Shown here one piece after another: positions 54,163 through 64,000 of a stretch of 64,000 nt of DNA. Every line of letters starts with the position of its first letter. Positions within the stretch are counted from its first letter, which is position 1. The DNA is taken from NCBI RefSeq assembly GCF_039541115.1, contig NZ_BAABFP010000005.1:434001-498000 (forward strand), read 5' to 3'. A program made the translations under genes and the position numbers. The DNA is from Angustibacter luteus. GTDB lineage: Bacteria; Actinomycetota; Actinomycetes; Actinomycetales; Angustibacteraceae. The notes beneath the pieces are model-generated. The model was not told the origin of the DNA and ran no database searches. It saw only the letters and a program-made list of their open reading frames with translations.

Positions 54163-55146
54163 GTGCCCGCCGTCACCGTCCCCGACATCACCGTCCTGTC
54201 CCGCATCGACGCGGTCGACCCGCAGACCAGCACGGAGCGTCCGGTCAAGAGCCTGACCAGCGCACCGAGCGGGTTCGAGGGTGAAGGCTTCCCGGTGCGG
54301 CGCGCCTTCGCGGGCGTCGACCTCACCGAGCTCGACCCGTTCATCCACATGGACCAGATGGGCGAGGTCGAGTACGCCCCGGGTGAGCCGAAGGGCACGG
54401 CCTGGCACCCGCACCGAGGCTTCGAGACCGTCACGTACATCATGGACGGCACGTTCGACCACCAGGACTCGCACGGGGGCGGGGGGCGGATCACCAACGG
54501 CGACACCCAGTGGATGACCGCGGGCAGCGGACTTCTCCACATCGAGGCGCCGCCGGAGGAGCTCGTCGTCAGCGGCGGTCTGTTCCACGGGATCCAGCTG
54601 TGGGTGAACCTGCCGCGTGCCGACAAGTGGGCGGACCCGCGCTACCAGGACCTGCGCGGCGGCGACGTCGGCCTGCTGACGACGCCGGACAGCGGGGCCC
54701 TGATCCGAGTCATCGCCGGTGACGTGGCGGGTCACCGTGGGCCGGGCAGCACGCACACGCCCATCGCACTGGTGCATGCCACCGTGTCCCCCGGTGCTCG
54801 GCTCTCCTTGCCGTGGCGACGGGACTTCAACGCCCTGGTCTACGTCCTGGCCGGCCAGGGCACGGTCGGCAGCGACCGGCGACCGATCCGCAAGGGCCAG
54901 CTTGTCGTCCTTGGCGCCGGCGACCACCTGCAGGTGGATGCCGCGACCAGCCAGCCCCTGGCCGAGCCGAACCTGGACGTCCTCGTCCTCGGCGGGCAGC
55001 CGATCCGCGAGCCGCTGGCCTGGGCGGGCCCGTTCGTGATGAACACGCGCGACGAGGTCATCCAGGCGTTCGAGGACTTCCAGGCGGGCAAGCTCGGCAC
55101 GATCCCATCGGTCCACGGTGCGCCCACCACGTTGACCGAGGCCTGA
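54163..55146 (+). CDS. pirin family protein
   Basis: HPHRGFETVTY, QWMTAGSG..H.E, QLWVNLP, GPFVMNT. Confidence 0.95.
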   Translation: MPAVTVPDITVLSRIDAVDPQTSTERPVKSLTSAPSGFEGEGFPVRRAFAGVDLTELDPFIHMDQMGEVEYAPGEPKGTAWHPHRGFETVTYIMDGTFDHQDSHGGGGRITNGDTQWMTAGSGLLHIEAPPEELVVSGGLFHGIQLWVNLPRADKWADPRYQDLRGGDVGLLTTPDSGALIRVIAGDVAGHRGPGSTHTPIALVHATVSPGARLSLPWRRDFNALVYVLAGQGTVGSDRRPIRKGQLVVLGAGDHLQVDAATSQPLAEPNLDVLVLGGQPIREPLAWAGPFVMNTRDEVIQAFEDFQAGKLGTIPSVHGAPTTLTEA

Positions 55147-55149
55147 CCG

Positions 55150-55524
55150 TCAGGACCACAGGGCGGTGGCCGCCGCGAACCCGACCGCGACGGCCGCCAG
55201 CCCGGTGGCCAGGCTGGCGCCGACGTTCGCCGCGGCCCGCCACCACTCGCCGTCCTCCGCCAGCCGCCACGTCTCGAAGCTGAACGTCGAGAACGTGGTC
55301 AGCCCACCGCACAGGCCTGTTCCCAGCAGTGGCAGCAACCAGTCCGGCGCGTCGGTACCGCGGGCGGCGCCGGCCACCGTGCCGAGCACCAGGCACCCCA
55401 CCACGTTCACGACGTAGGTGCCCCACGGGAACGGGCCGCGCCGGCGCGCCGTCACCACCTGGTCGATGACGTAGCGGGCGACCGCCCCGGCCGCTCCCCC
55501 GGCAGCGACCAGCACGAGGGTCAC
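55150..55524 (-). CDS. crcB: fluoride channel Fluc subunit
   Basis: GGAAGAVARY, PWGT..VN, GLCGGLTTFSTF. Confidence 0.92.
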   Translation of the reverse strand: MTLVLVAAGGAAGAVARYVIDQVVTARRRGPFPWGTYVVNVVGCLVLGTVAGAARGTDAPDWLLPLLGTGLCGGLTTFSTFSFETWRLAEDGEWWRAAANVGASLATGLAAVAVGFAAATALWS

Positions 55525-56033
55525 GACTCCTGCCCGGCCGAGAGGTCCGGACGTCGGCGGTGCACCCCAGCGGCCACCGACCGGCCGATCCACACGCCGG
55601 CCCCCACCGCGGCCAACCCCAGGACCACCGAGCCGAGCAGGTAGCCGAGGGCGAGAGTGCCGTCGCCGTCCGCGAACAGGTCGCGGCTCTCCAGGGCGTA
55701 CGTCGAGAAGGTCGTGTAGCCGCCGAGGACGCCGATCCCGAGGAACGGTCGCGCGTACCGGTGGGGCCGCCAGACGTCGAACACCAGAACCATGAGCAGG
55801 CCGATCAGCGCCGCCCCGCTCACGTTCTCCAGCAGCGTGCCCCAGGGGACCTCGCCGGGCCGGGTCGGGAACGCTTGCGACAGCGACCACCGCGCAACAC
55901 TGCCCAACGCACCACCGACGGCGATCGCCGCCAGGACGTCCCAGTGCCGCGGGTGCAGCACGTGCCGGGCCGCCGCCTGGGCGGAGTCCGGGTCGACCGG
56001 CAGCGGCGGGGGGACCCACGGTTGGCCGCCCAT
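55521..56033 (-). CDS. crcB: fluoride channel Fluc subunit
   Basis: GGALGSVARW, PWGT..EN, GVLGGYTTFSTY. Confidence 0.92.
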   Translation of the reverse strand: MGGQPWVPPPLPVDPDSAQAAARHVLHPRHWDVLAAIAVGGALGSVARWSLSQAFPTRPGEVPWGTLLENVSGAALIGLLMVLVFDVWRPHRYARPFLGIGVLGGYTTFSTYALESRDLFADGDGTLALGYLLGSVVLGLAAVGAGVWIGRSVAAGVHRRRPDLSAGQES

Positions 56034-56842
56034 CAGGCACTCCCGGCCCGTCGGCGGGCCACCAGCATCCACATCGCTGCGATGTCGCGGTACGGGTCGC
56101 GGTCGGCGACGGCGAGCTCGAGCCGCTCGAGGTCCGCCGCGAAGTCGGGGTCGTGCTTGCGCTCGTCGTCGGTGACCAGGTGGTTGACGCACAGGACGCC
56201 GTAGCGCTGGACGACGTCAGCGCCGGCGCGCTCCAGTGCGGCCGCCGCCTCCTGCCAGGTGATCCGCCGCACCGCGTGGTCGAACGTCACGGTGTGCACG
56301 GTCGGGGCGCCCAGCATCGCCAACGCCGCGGCCGGGTCGAGGTCGCGGACCGCGGCGCGCAGGACGTGCATCACGGGGTTGGTGGCGATCACGCTGACCA
56401 GACCGCCGGGGCGCGCCGCGCCCACCGCAGCAGCGAGCACGTCGGCCAGATCCGGGCAGTACTGGATCACGTTGTGCAGCAGGACGACGTCGTTGCCCTC
56501 GGGCAGCAGCCGGCGGTCCCCGACACCCGCCATCACAGCCGCGACCGCAACCCCCCGCTCCCGGGCACGCCGCTCGGCGAGGTCGAGCATCGCGCGCGAG
56601 GAGTCCGCGACGGTGACGTCGTGTCCGGCCACGGCGAGCGGCACGGAGTCGGCGCCATCACCCCCGCCGAGGTCGAGGACCCGCTGAGCGCTCTCTGCCG
56701 GGCCGAGGTGCCGGTCGAGGAGGTCGCCGACGAGCCGGTACCTCAGCCGACCCCAGGGACTGTCCTGCCAGGCCGTCCACGCGTCCATGTGGGTGTCGAA
56801 GACCTCCGGCGTGGCGGGCGAGGGACCGGGCGATGCACTCAC
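56033..56842 (-). CDS. class I SAM-dependent methyltransferase
   Basis: VLDLGGGDG motif I, D.S..ML, HNVIQY. Confidence 0.88.
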   Translation of the reverse strand: MSASPGPSPATPEVFDTHMDAWTAWQDSPWGRLRYRLVGDLLDRHLGPAESAQRVLDLGGGDGADSVPLAVAGHDVTVADSSRAMLDLAERRARERGVAVAAVMAGVGDRRLLPEGNDVVLLHNVIQYCPDLADVLAAAVGAARPGGLVSVIATNPVMHVLRAAVRDLDPAAALAMLGAPTVHTVTFDHAVRRITWQEAAAALERAGADVVQRYGVLCVNHLVTDDERKHDPDFAADLERLELAVADRDPYRDIAAMWMLVARRRAGSA

Positions 56843-57008
56843 AAGACCGCTCCTCTGCGAGGCTCAGCAACCCCAGGCGTCCCACGGGTTACGGCCGGAC
56901 GGCGAACTGGCAACCAATCTCAGCAGACACCTCGCCGCACCCCTCCCCCGGGGTTACTGTCGAGAGGCGGGTTGGGGCGTCCGTCCCCGACCCCGGGAGC
57001 AGTGTGTC

Positions 57009-58421
57009 GTGACTCGGCTGGTGCAGGGCCAACGCGGGATGCGGGCGGCAGTCGCCGTCCCGGTGACCGCTGTGCTGGCCGCCCTCGCCCTCGGGCTCGT
57101 CGGTGCCGGTCCCGCCAGCGCCGACCCGACGACCCCGACCAGCACCCCCACCGGCACTGCCACGCCCACCCCCACGTCGACCGTCCCCTCGACCGCCTCG
57201 CCGACCGCACCGTCGTCGACCAGCTCGTCCACGCAGCCGGCGACGCCCAAGCCCACAGGGCCGTCGGCGACGGGGACGCCGGCCGCGACCGCGACGACAC
57301 CGCCGGCCCCCAAGCACGACGACGAGGGGCCGCTCACGGCCGAGCAGGTCCGCGCCCAGCTGGCCCAGGCCGCCGCGCTGGCCGCGCAGCGCCGGGCGAC
57401 CGACGCAGGGATGCAGGCCGCGCTGGAGCAGCTGCAGGCCGTCGGCCAGCGCATCTCCACCGCGCTCGACACCCTCGGGCAGGCCAAGATCGCCGAGCAG
57501 GAGGCGCAGCGCGTCCAGACGATGAACGACCAGCTGCTGACCCGGGCCAAGGGTGAGATGACCATCCAGCAGGACGCGCTCGGTCGCTGGGCACGCGACA
57601 CCTACGCCACCGGTGGACCGATGGGCGCCTACGAGTCCTGGCTGCTCGCGTTGGAGTCCGGCTCGACAGCGGACGTGGCGCACAACCTCTCCGTCCTGGA
57701 GCAGATCGGCATCGCCGGCAGCCAGGCGCTGACCCGGCTGCAGTCCGCGGTCGACGTCCAGGCCGAGGCCGCTCGCCAGTCGGCGCTCGCGGCCGCGCAG
57801 GCGCAGGCGGCACGGGCGCGGGCCGCGGGCGCGGTGCAGACCCTGAAGTCCCTGCAGGACCAGGCCCGGCTGGCCACCGCGCAGCTCCAGGTCCAGCAGG
57901 CCAAGCTGCTGGGAGCCGGGTCGCTGGACGCCAAGCAGCAGGCCAACCTGAAGGCCGCCGAGGCGGTCGTGAAGGCGCTGGGCGGTCGACCCGTCGCCGG
58001 CCAGTGCGCGGGCCTGCCCACCGGCCGCTACCCCAACGGGACCATCCCGGCCGCCGCGCTCTGCCCGGTATGGGGCGCGCCCGGCAAGCTGCTGCGGTCC
58101 GACGCGGCCGCGGCGATGGGCAGGCTGTCTCGGGCCTACGCCGCCGAGTTCGGCCGTCCGCTGTGCATCACCGACTCCTATCGCACGCTGGCCGAGCAGG
58201 TGCAGGTCTTCGCGACCAAGCCCGCGCTGGCCGCCAAGCCCGGGACCAGCAACCACGGCTGGGGCACCGCGACGGATCTCTGTGGCGGCGTGGAGTCCTT
58301 CGGCACCGAACAGCACGCGTGGATGCTCGCGCACGCCCCGCTGTACGGCTGGTTCCACCCGAGCTGGGCGGGCCCGGCCGGGTCGCGTCCCGAGCCCTGG
58401 CACTGGGAGTTCGCCGGTTGA
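57009..58421 (+). CDS. secreted M15B D-Ala-D-Ala carboxypeptidase-like peptidase with Pro/Thr linker and coiled coil
   Basis: signal peptide, DSYR, SNHGWG.A.D, EPWHWEF. Confidence 0.88.
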   Translation: MTRLVQGQRGMRAAVAVPVTAVLAALALGLVGAGPASADPTTPTSTPTGTATPTPTSTVPSTASPTAPSSTSSSTQPATPKPTGPSATGTPAATATTPPAPKHDDEGPLTAEQVRAQLAQAAALAAQRRATDAGMQAALEQLQAVGQRISTALDTLGQAKIAEQEAQRVQTMNDQLLTRAKGEMTIQQDALGRWARDTYATGGPMGAYESWLLALESGSTADVAHNLSVLEQIGIAGSQALTRLQSAVDVQAEAARQSALAAAQAQAARARAAGAVQTLKSLQDQARLATAQLQVQQAKLLGAGSLDAKQQANLKAAEAVVKALGGRPVAGQCAGLPTGRYPNGTIPAAALCPVWGAPGKLLRSDAAAAMGRLSRAYAAEFGRPLCITDSYRTLAEQVQVFATKPALAAKPGTSNHGWGTATDLCGGVESFGTEQHAWMLAHAPLYGWFHPSWAGPAGSRPEPWHWEFAG

Positions 58422-58459
58422 CCGGCCGCGAGAGCGTCACCTCCCAGTAGCGTGACCGG

Positions 58460-59248
58460 GTGCCGGTCGCCGTCCACCCCTACCTCGACGTCGAGGGTCC
58501 GATCGCCATGGCCCACCGGGGCTTCTCCCTGGACGGCCTGGAGAACACGATGCCAGCCTTCGCTGCGGCGGTCGGGCTCGGGATGACCCACGTCGAGACC
58601 GACGTGCACGCGACCCGTGACGGCGTGGTCGTGGCGTTCCACGACGCGGTCCTGGACCGGGTCAGCGACGGGCACGGGGCGATCGCCGACCTGACCTGGG
58701 CCGACCTGCAGACCGTCCGGGTCGGTGGCTCGCAGGTCGTCCCGCGCCTCGCGGACCTGCTCGACACCTGGCCCGACCTGCGGGTCAACATCGACGTGAA
58801 GGCCTGGCCGGCGGTGCAGCCGCTCGCCGCGGTCGTGGATGGCGCGACCGCCCGGCACCGGGTCTGCGTCACCTCGTTCGACGACCGGCGCAGCGCCGCC
58901 GTCCGGGCCCTGCTCGGGCCTGAGGTGGCCACCTCGCCGGGTAGGCGCGGGGTGGTGCGCTGGCGGTTCGCGTCCTGGCTCCCGGGCCCGCTCGGCGTCC
59001 GGCTGGCCCGCCCGCGCGGCGCGGGCGTCGTCGCCTACCAGGTCCCGGCGTCCGCCGGTCCGCTGCCGGTCGTCACGACCCGGACCCTGGACGTCGCCCA
59101 CCGGCTGGGCCTGCAGGTGCACGTGTGGACGGTGAACGAGGCCCACGAGATGCACCGGTTGCTCGACCTCGGCGTCGACGGCCTGATCACGGACCGATCG
59201 GACACGTTGCGCGATGTGCTGCGCGATCGCGGGGCCGCACGGGCATGA
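58460..59248 (+). CDS. glycerophosphodiester phosphodiesterase
   Basis: AHRG, ENT..AF, ETDVH.T.DG, HD, WTVN, GVDGLITD. Confidence 0.93.
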   Translation: MPVAVHPYLDVEGPIAMAHRGFSLDGLENTMPAFAAAVGLGMTHVETDVHATRDGVVVAFHDAVLDRVSDGHGAIADLTWADLQTVRVGGSQVVPRLADLLDTWPDLRVNIDVKAWPAVQPLAAVVDGATARHRVCVTSFDDRRSAAVRALLGPEVATSPGRRGVVRWRFASWLPGPLGVRLARPRGAGVVAYQVPASAGPLPVVTTRTLDVAHRLGLQVHVWTVNEAHEMHRLLDLGVDGLITDRSDTLRDVLRDRGAARA

Positions 59249-59255
59249 TCTCCCC

Positions 59256-60647
59256 GTGACGCACTCCGACGTGGGCCAGACCGGACCGGACGCTGTCGAC
59301 CCTCGGCAGGCCACCAAGGAACAACGCGCCTGGTACTTCTACGACTGGGCGAACTCCGCGTACGTGACCACCACGGCCACGGTGCTGTTCGCGCCGTACC
59401 TGACCGTCGTGGCGAAGGAGGCCGGCTGCCCCGGCCAGGACTCCGACCTCTCGTGCTCGACGAACCTGCACGTGCTCGGCATCCCGATCAGCCCCGGCTC
59501 GCTCGCCTTCTACGCGGTGACCTTCGCGACGATCCTGTCCGCCTTCGTGCTGCCCGTCGTCGGCGCGCTGGCCGACCGCTCGGCGCACCAGCGCCGGATC
59601 CTGGGCGGCTTCGCGTGGGTGGGGGCGGTCGCGGCCTCCGCGATGTGGTTCGTGCAGGGAGACAACTGGCAGCTCGGGGTGCTCCTGCTGCTGATCGCGA
59701 ACCTGTGCCTGGGCGGCTCACTCGTGGTCTACGACGCGATCCTGTGCCAGATCGCCGGTCCGGACGACCGGGACCGGGTGTCCAGCCGGGGTTGGGCCCT
59801 CGGTTACCTCGGCGGCTTCATCCTGCTGGCCATCAACCTCGCGCTGGTCACCGCGCACGACTCGCTGGGGCTGACCAAGGGCGAGGCGGTCCGTTGGAGC
59901 CTGCTCACCGCCGGCATCTGGTGGGGTGCCTTCACCCTCATCCCCTACTTCGGCCTGCGGGACCGCGCACCCCTGAACGTGGCTCCCGTCGAGGGCTCGC
60001 TCGTGCGCGAGGCGTTCGGTCAGCTGGGCAACACCCTGCGCCACCTGCGGGGCTTCCCGCACACCTTGAAGTTCCTGCTCGCCTACCTGTTCTTCAACGA
60101 CGGCATCCAGACCGTCATCGGGGTGTCCAGCGTCTACGGCGCCGAGCAGCTGGGGTTCAGCACGAACCAGCTCATCGAGACGATCCTGCTGGTCCAGCTC
60201 GTCGCCTTCGGCGGGGCGCTGCTGTTCGGCCGCGCGGCCCGACGCTTCGGGGCCCGGGACGTCGTCCTGTCCAGCCTGGTGCTGTGGGCGGGCGTGGTGG
60301 CCATCGGCTTCTTCCTGCCGCGCGGCCAGTTCGGCCTCTGGCTCGGCCTGGCCGTGCTGATCGGCGTGGTGCTCGGCGGCAGCCAGGCACTGTCCCGGTC
60401 GATGTACAGCCAGCTGGTCCCGCGGGGGCGCGAGGCGGAGTACTTCAGCCTCTACCAGGCCTGCGAACGAGGGACGAGCTGGTTCGGCACCCTGCTGTTC
60501 GGCATCGTGCACCAGCTGACCGACTCCTACCGGCCGGCGATCCTCGCGCTCATCGTGTTCTTCGTGCTCGGCGGCCTGATCCTGCGCACGGTCGACGTCC
60601 GGCAGGGCATCCGGGACGCCGGCAACGTCGAGCCGGCCATCGTCTGA
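59256..60647 (+). CDS. MFS transporter (UMF1/Atg22-like)
   Basis: AWYFYDWANSAY, VSSRGWALGYLGG, NDGIQTVI, GGSQALSRS. Confidence 0.9.
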   Translation: MTHSDVGQTGPDAVDPRQATKEQRAWYFYDWANSAYVTTTATVLFAPYLTVVAKEAGCPGQDSDLSCSTNLHVLGIPISPGSLAFYAVTFATILSAFVLPVVGALADRSAHQRRILGGFAWVGAVAASAMWFVQGDNWQLGVLLLLIANLCLGGSLVVYDAILCQIAGPDDRDRVSSRGWALGYLGGFILLAINLALVTAHDSLGLTKGEAVRWSLLTAGIWWGAFTLIPYFGLRDRAPLNVAPVEGSLVREAFGQLGNTLRHLRGFPHTLKFLLAYLFFNDGIQTVIGVSSVYGAEQLGFSTNQLIETILLVQLVAFGGALLFGRAARRFGARDVVLSSLVLWAGVVAIGFFLPRGQFGLWLGLAVLIGVVLGGSQALSRSMYSQLVPRGREAEYFSLYQACERGTSWFGTLLFGIVHQLTDSYRPAILALIVFFVLGGLILRTVDVRQGIRDAGNVEPAIV

Positions 60648-60683
60648 ACGCTGAGCAATGCGCTGACCTGCGGGTTCGGCGAA

Positions 60684-60745
60684 CGTGACAGCCTTCACGT
60701 CATCTCCACACGCCAACCGGAACACCGGCGGAGGGGTGAGGCGTT
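60684..60745 (+). promoter_or_regulatory. CRP-like site and SigR/SigH-type promoter of rbpA
   Basis: CGTGA-N6-TCACG at 60684-60699; GGAAC-N18-CGTT at 60719-60745. Confidence 0.6.
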
Positions 60746-60792
60746 CTTCCAGGTGACGGGACCACACCGACCCGTCCGAGGAGGGCACAGAC

Positions 60793-61152
60793 ATGGCAGA
60801 CAAGAGCCTGCGCGGCACCCGCCTGGGGGCGCAGAGCATGGAGAGCGACGAAGGCGTGGAGCCGGCGGCGCGGATCATCTCCGAGTACCACTGCCCCAAG
60901 GGGCACGTGGTTCGTATCCCCTTCTCCGTCGAGGCCGACATCCCGGCTCTGTGGGAGTGCCGCTGCGGCAGCGAGGCGCTGCTGGTGGACTCCGAGCGCC
61001 CGGAGCCCAAGGCGAGCAAGCCGGCCCGCACGCACTGGGACATGCTGCTCGAGCGCCGGTCCATCGCGGACCTCGAGGTGCTCCTGGACGAGCGACTCGC
61101 CTTGCTGCGCGCCGCCAAGCGAGCCGCACCGAGCCACCGGCGCAGCGCCTGA
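60793..61152 (+). CDS. rbpA: RNA polymerase-binding protein RbpA
   Basis: LRGTRLGA.S.E, CPKGH..WEC.CG, RTHWDMLLERRS. Confidence 0.96.
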   Translation: MADKSLRGTRLGAQSMESDEGVEPAARIISEYHCPKGHVVRIPFSVEADIPALWECRCGSEALLVDSERPEPKASKPARTHWDMLLERRSIADLEVLLDERLALLRAAKRAAPSHRRSA

Positions 61153-61217
61153 GCGGACTCTCGAGCCCGCCCGCTAGCCGGTGCGGTCTCGGCCGGATCC
61201 CCCCTCCTGCCGAGGCC

Positions 61218-61265
61218 TGACGAGCCGGCCGCACCAACCCCCTAGCTGGTGCGGCCGGCTTCGTC
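61218..61265. terminator. hairpin between convergent rbpA and fxsA
   Basis: gacgagccggccgcacca / tggtgcggccggct(t)cgtc. Confidence 0.65.
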
Positions 61266-61822
61266 GTCCCCGGAGCCCAGCTCGGGCCCGGGCTCGTCGG
61301 ACACGATCTGGCCTTCGACCACCTCACCCCGGACGACGTCACGGCCCTGTCCGTAGCCCGGGCCGTAGCCCGTACCGGCACCCGGTCCGTAGGTCTGGAA
61401 CCGGACGGGGATGCGGGTCAGCACGCCACGGCCGAGCAGCAGCGTGAACACCCCGCGCACGACCGGACGGGTGACAGGTACCACGAACAGGAGGCCGACC
61501 AGTCCGGTGAGGAATCCCGGCACCACCATGAGCAGACCACCCACCAACGCGAAGGCGCTCTCGCCCACCTCGCCGGACGGCACCCGGCCGGACGACGCCG
61601 CGGTGGACAGCGCCTTGAAGGCCCGGGTGCCCTCGCGTCGGACGACGACGGCGCCCACCACCGAGACGGCGACGAGGGCCACGAACGTCCAGGGGTAGCC
61701 GATCGCCCGGCCCAGCAGGATGAACAGCACGATCTCGATCAGCAGCAGGAGCAGCAGCGCGGCCCGTACCGGGTGGCGGCCCCCGCGGGACGCCCCCGAC
61801 GGCTGGGTCGGCTGGGGAGCGC

Positions 61823-61826
<4 letters not shown>
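61242..61826 (-). CDS. fxsA: FxsA family membrane protein
   Basis: EIVLFI, GG.L..VPGFLT...GLL..VP.TR. Confidence 0.88.
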
Positions 61827-62589
<763 letters not shown>

Positions 62590-62593
<4 letters not shown>

Positions 62594-64000
62594 CCTGCCT
62601 CCGCGCGCTCGATCGGTGCCTCGTCCTGGACGGGGTTGTCCGTGGGATCGCCGGGCGCCGAGCCTAGCCGCCAGCGACGAGGCCCGGGACGCGAGCCCAG
62701 GAACAACGCGGCGCACCCCAGCATCCCGATGAGGGCCAGGCCGAGCTCGGCCCACCCGCCGAGCCGGTCCGCCGGCGTCCGCGCGGTCCGCAGCGGCAGG
62801 GTGGCCTCCAGCACGGCCGGGGTGAACAGGCCGGCCCGGGCCACGACCCGTCCGTCCGGGGTGATGAGGGCGCTCTCCCCCACCGTCGACACGTGGGCGA
62901 CGGAGCGGCCGTGCTCGATGGCCCGCAGCCGGGACATCGCGAGCTGCTGGACCGCCTCGTCCGTGTAGCCGAAGGTCGCGTTGTTGGTCTGCACGACGAG
63001 CAGGTCCGCGCCCCCACGGACGGTGTCGCGCACGAGGTCGTCGTAGGCCACCTCGAAGCAGATCGCGATGCCGGCCCGGGTCGGCCCGAGGTCCAGCACC
63101 CCCGGTACGTGGCCGGCGACGAAGTCCTCGCGGACGAGATCCACCTTCGCGCTGAACGTGCGGAAGAAGGAGCGGTACGGGATGTACTCGCCGAACGGCA
63201 CCGGGTGCCGCTTCGCGTACAGCTGGGTGGGCCCGACGCCGGGCTCCCAGACGATCGAGGCGTTCGTCAGGAAGCCGACCGGTCGCTGCAGCACGGCCCC
63301 GACCAGCGTGGGCACCCCGATGGCGTCCACCGCGTCGTCGATGACCTGGCGGGCATCGGCCTGCTGGTACGGGTCGAGGTCGGAGGCGTTCTCGGGCCAG
63401 ATGACGACGTCCGGCCGCGGCGACGTCCCCGCGGCGACCCGGCGGGCCAGCTCGGTGGTCACCCGGGCGTGGTTGTCCAGGACGGCCCGTCGCTCGGCGT
63501 TGAAGTCCAGGCCGGCCTCGGGCACGTCGCCCTGGATCCCGGCCACCCGCGTCGGGGTGCCACCCGTGGCGAGTGGGACGAGCAGTCCGGATGCGGCCAC
63601 GAGCACCGCGAGCCCGCCCGCCGCTACCGCCACGGTCGCTACGGTGGCGGGCCGGCTGAAGTCGCTGCGGCGCAGCACGACCAGGACGGCGGTGCCCAGT
63701 GCGGCACCGCTCCAGGCGACCGCGAAGGTCACCAGCGGCGCCCCGCCGAGGAACGCCAACCGGACGAAGGGCGAGTCGGCCTGCGAGAACGCGAGCCGAC
63801 CCCAGGGGAAGCCGCCGAACGGGGTCCGGTCGCGCAGTGCCTCCTGCGCCGTCCAGAGCCCGGCGAGCACCGCGGTGCTGGCGAGCGTCCGGCGCCGCCC
63901 CCACTCGGGGCGGGCGACCGCCCAGGCCGCCGGAGCGGAGAGCAGCGCCAGGTAGGCCGCCTGCAGCACGCTGAGCGCCAGCCAGGGCATGGCGCCCACG
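62590..64000 (-). CDS. lnt: apolipoprotein N-acyltransferase (5' end outside window)
   Basis: PFGGFPW, WPEN, KRHPVPFGEYIP, ICFEVAYD, TNNATFG. Confidence 0.95.

Noticed and set aside
56945..57009. c-di-AMP riboswitch ahead of the cell-wall peptidase
   Set aside because: Region too short and the GAAUC / CCCGUCAGCUAA consensus is absent; only a simple hairpin.

Overview
High-GC actinobacterial chromosome segment; the genus cannot be assigned from sequence alone. The left ~30 kb is core and almost all on the + strand: a heterodimeric ABC exporter, hisI-trpE-(membrane genes)-trpC-trpB-trpA-lgt, gltBD, pyk, tRNA-Pro(GGG), the pgsA-like/DUF881/gcvH/garA/ftsR/BFN/MerR cluster, a glycine riboswitch and gcvP. 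The ~29.6-58 kb part is a mixed-orientation accessory patchwork: two tandem snapalysin (M7) proteases with flanking cruciform repeats, DinB and GNAT genes, sbcCD, a glutamate-cysteine ligase, a RES toxin-antitoxin pair, AlkD-like, MMPL, SRPBCC/ArsR, AraC-VOC-UvrA2, hydrolase-PHP-GNAT, pirin, a methyltransferase-fluc-fluc operon and an M15 peptidase. The right end is core again (MFS, rbpA, fxsA, ppm1, lnt). A 28-bp XerCD dif-like site at 48332-48359 suggests the window spans the replication terminus. The most interesting signals are this dif site; the acidic/basic snapalysin pair with shared upstream motifs and inverted 59-bp cruciform elements; PafBC-type DNA-damage promoters before unexpected genes; structured leaders before gltB and the methyltransferase-fluc operon; and a beta-barrel/pseudokinase fusion. 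No integrase, transposase, prophage or CRISPR array was seen. All family calls are by motif recognition, not database search, and many start codons were re-chosen by eye.
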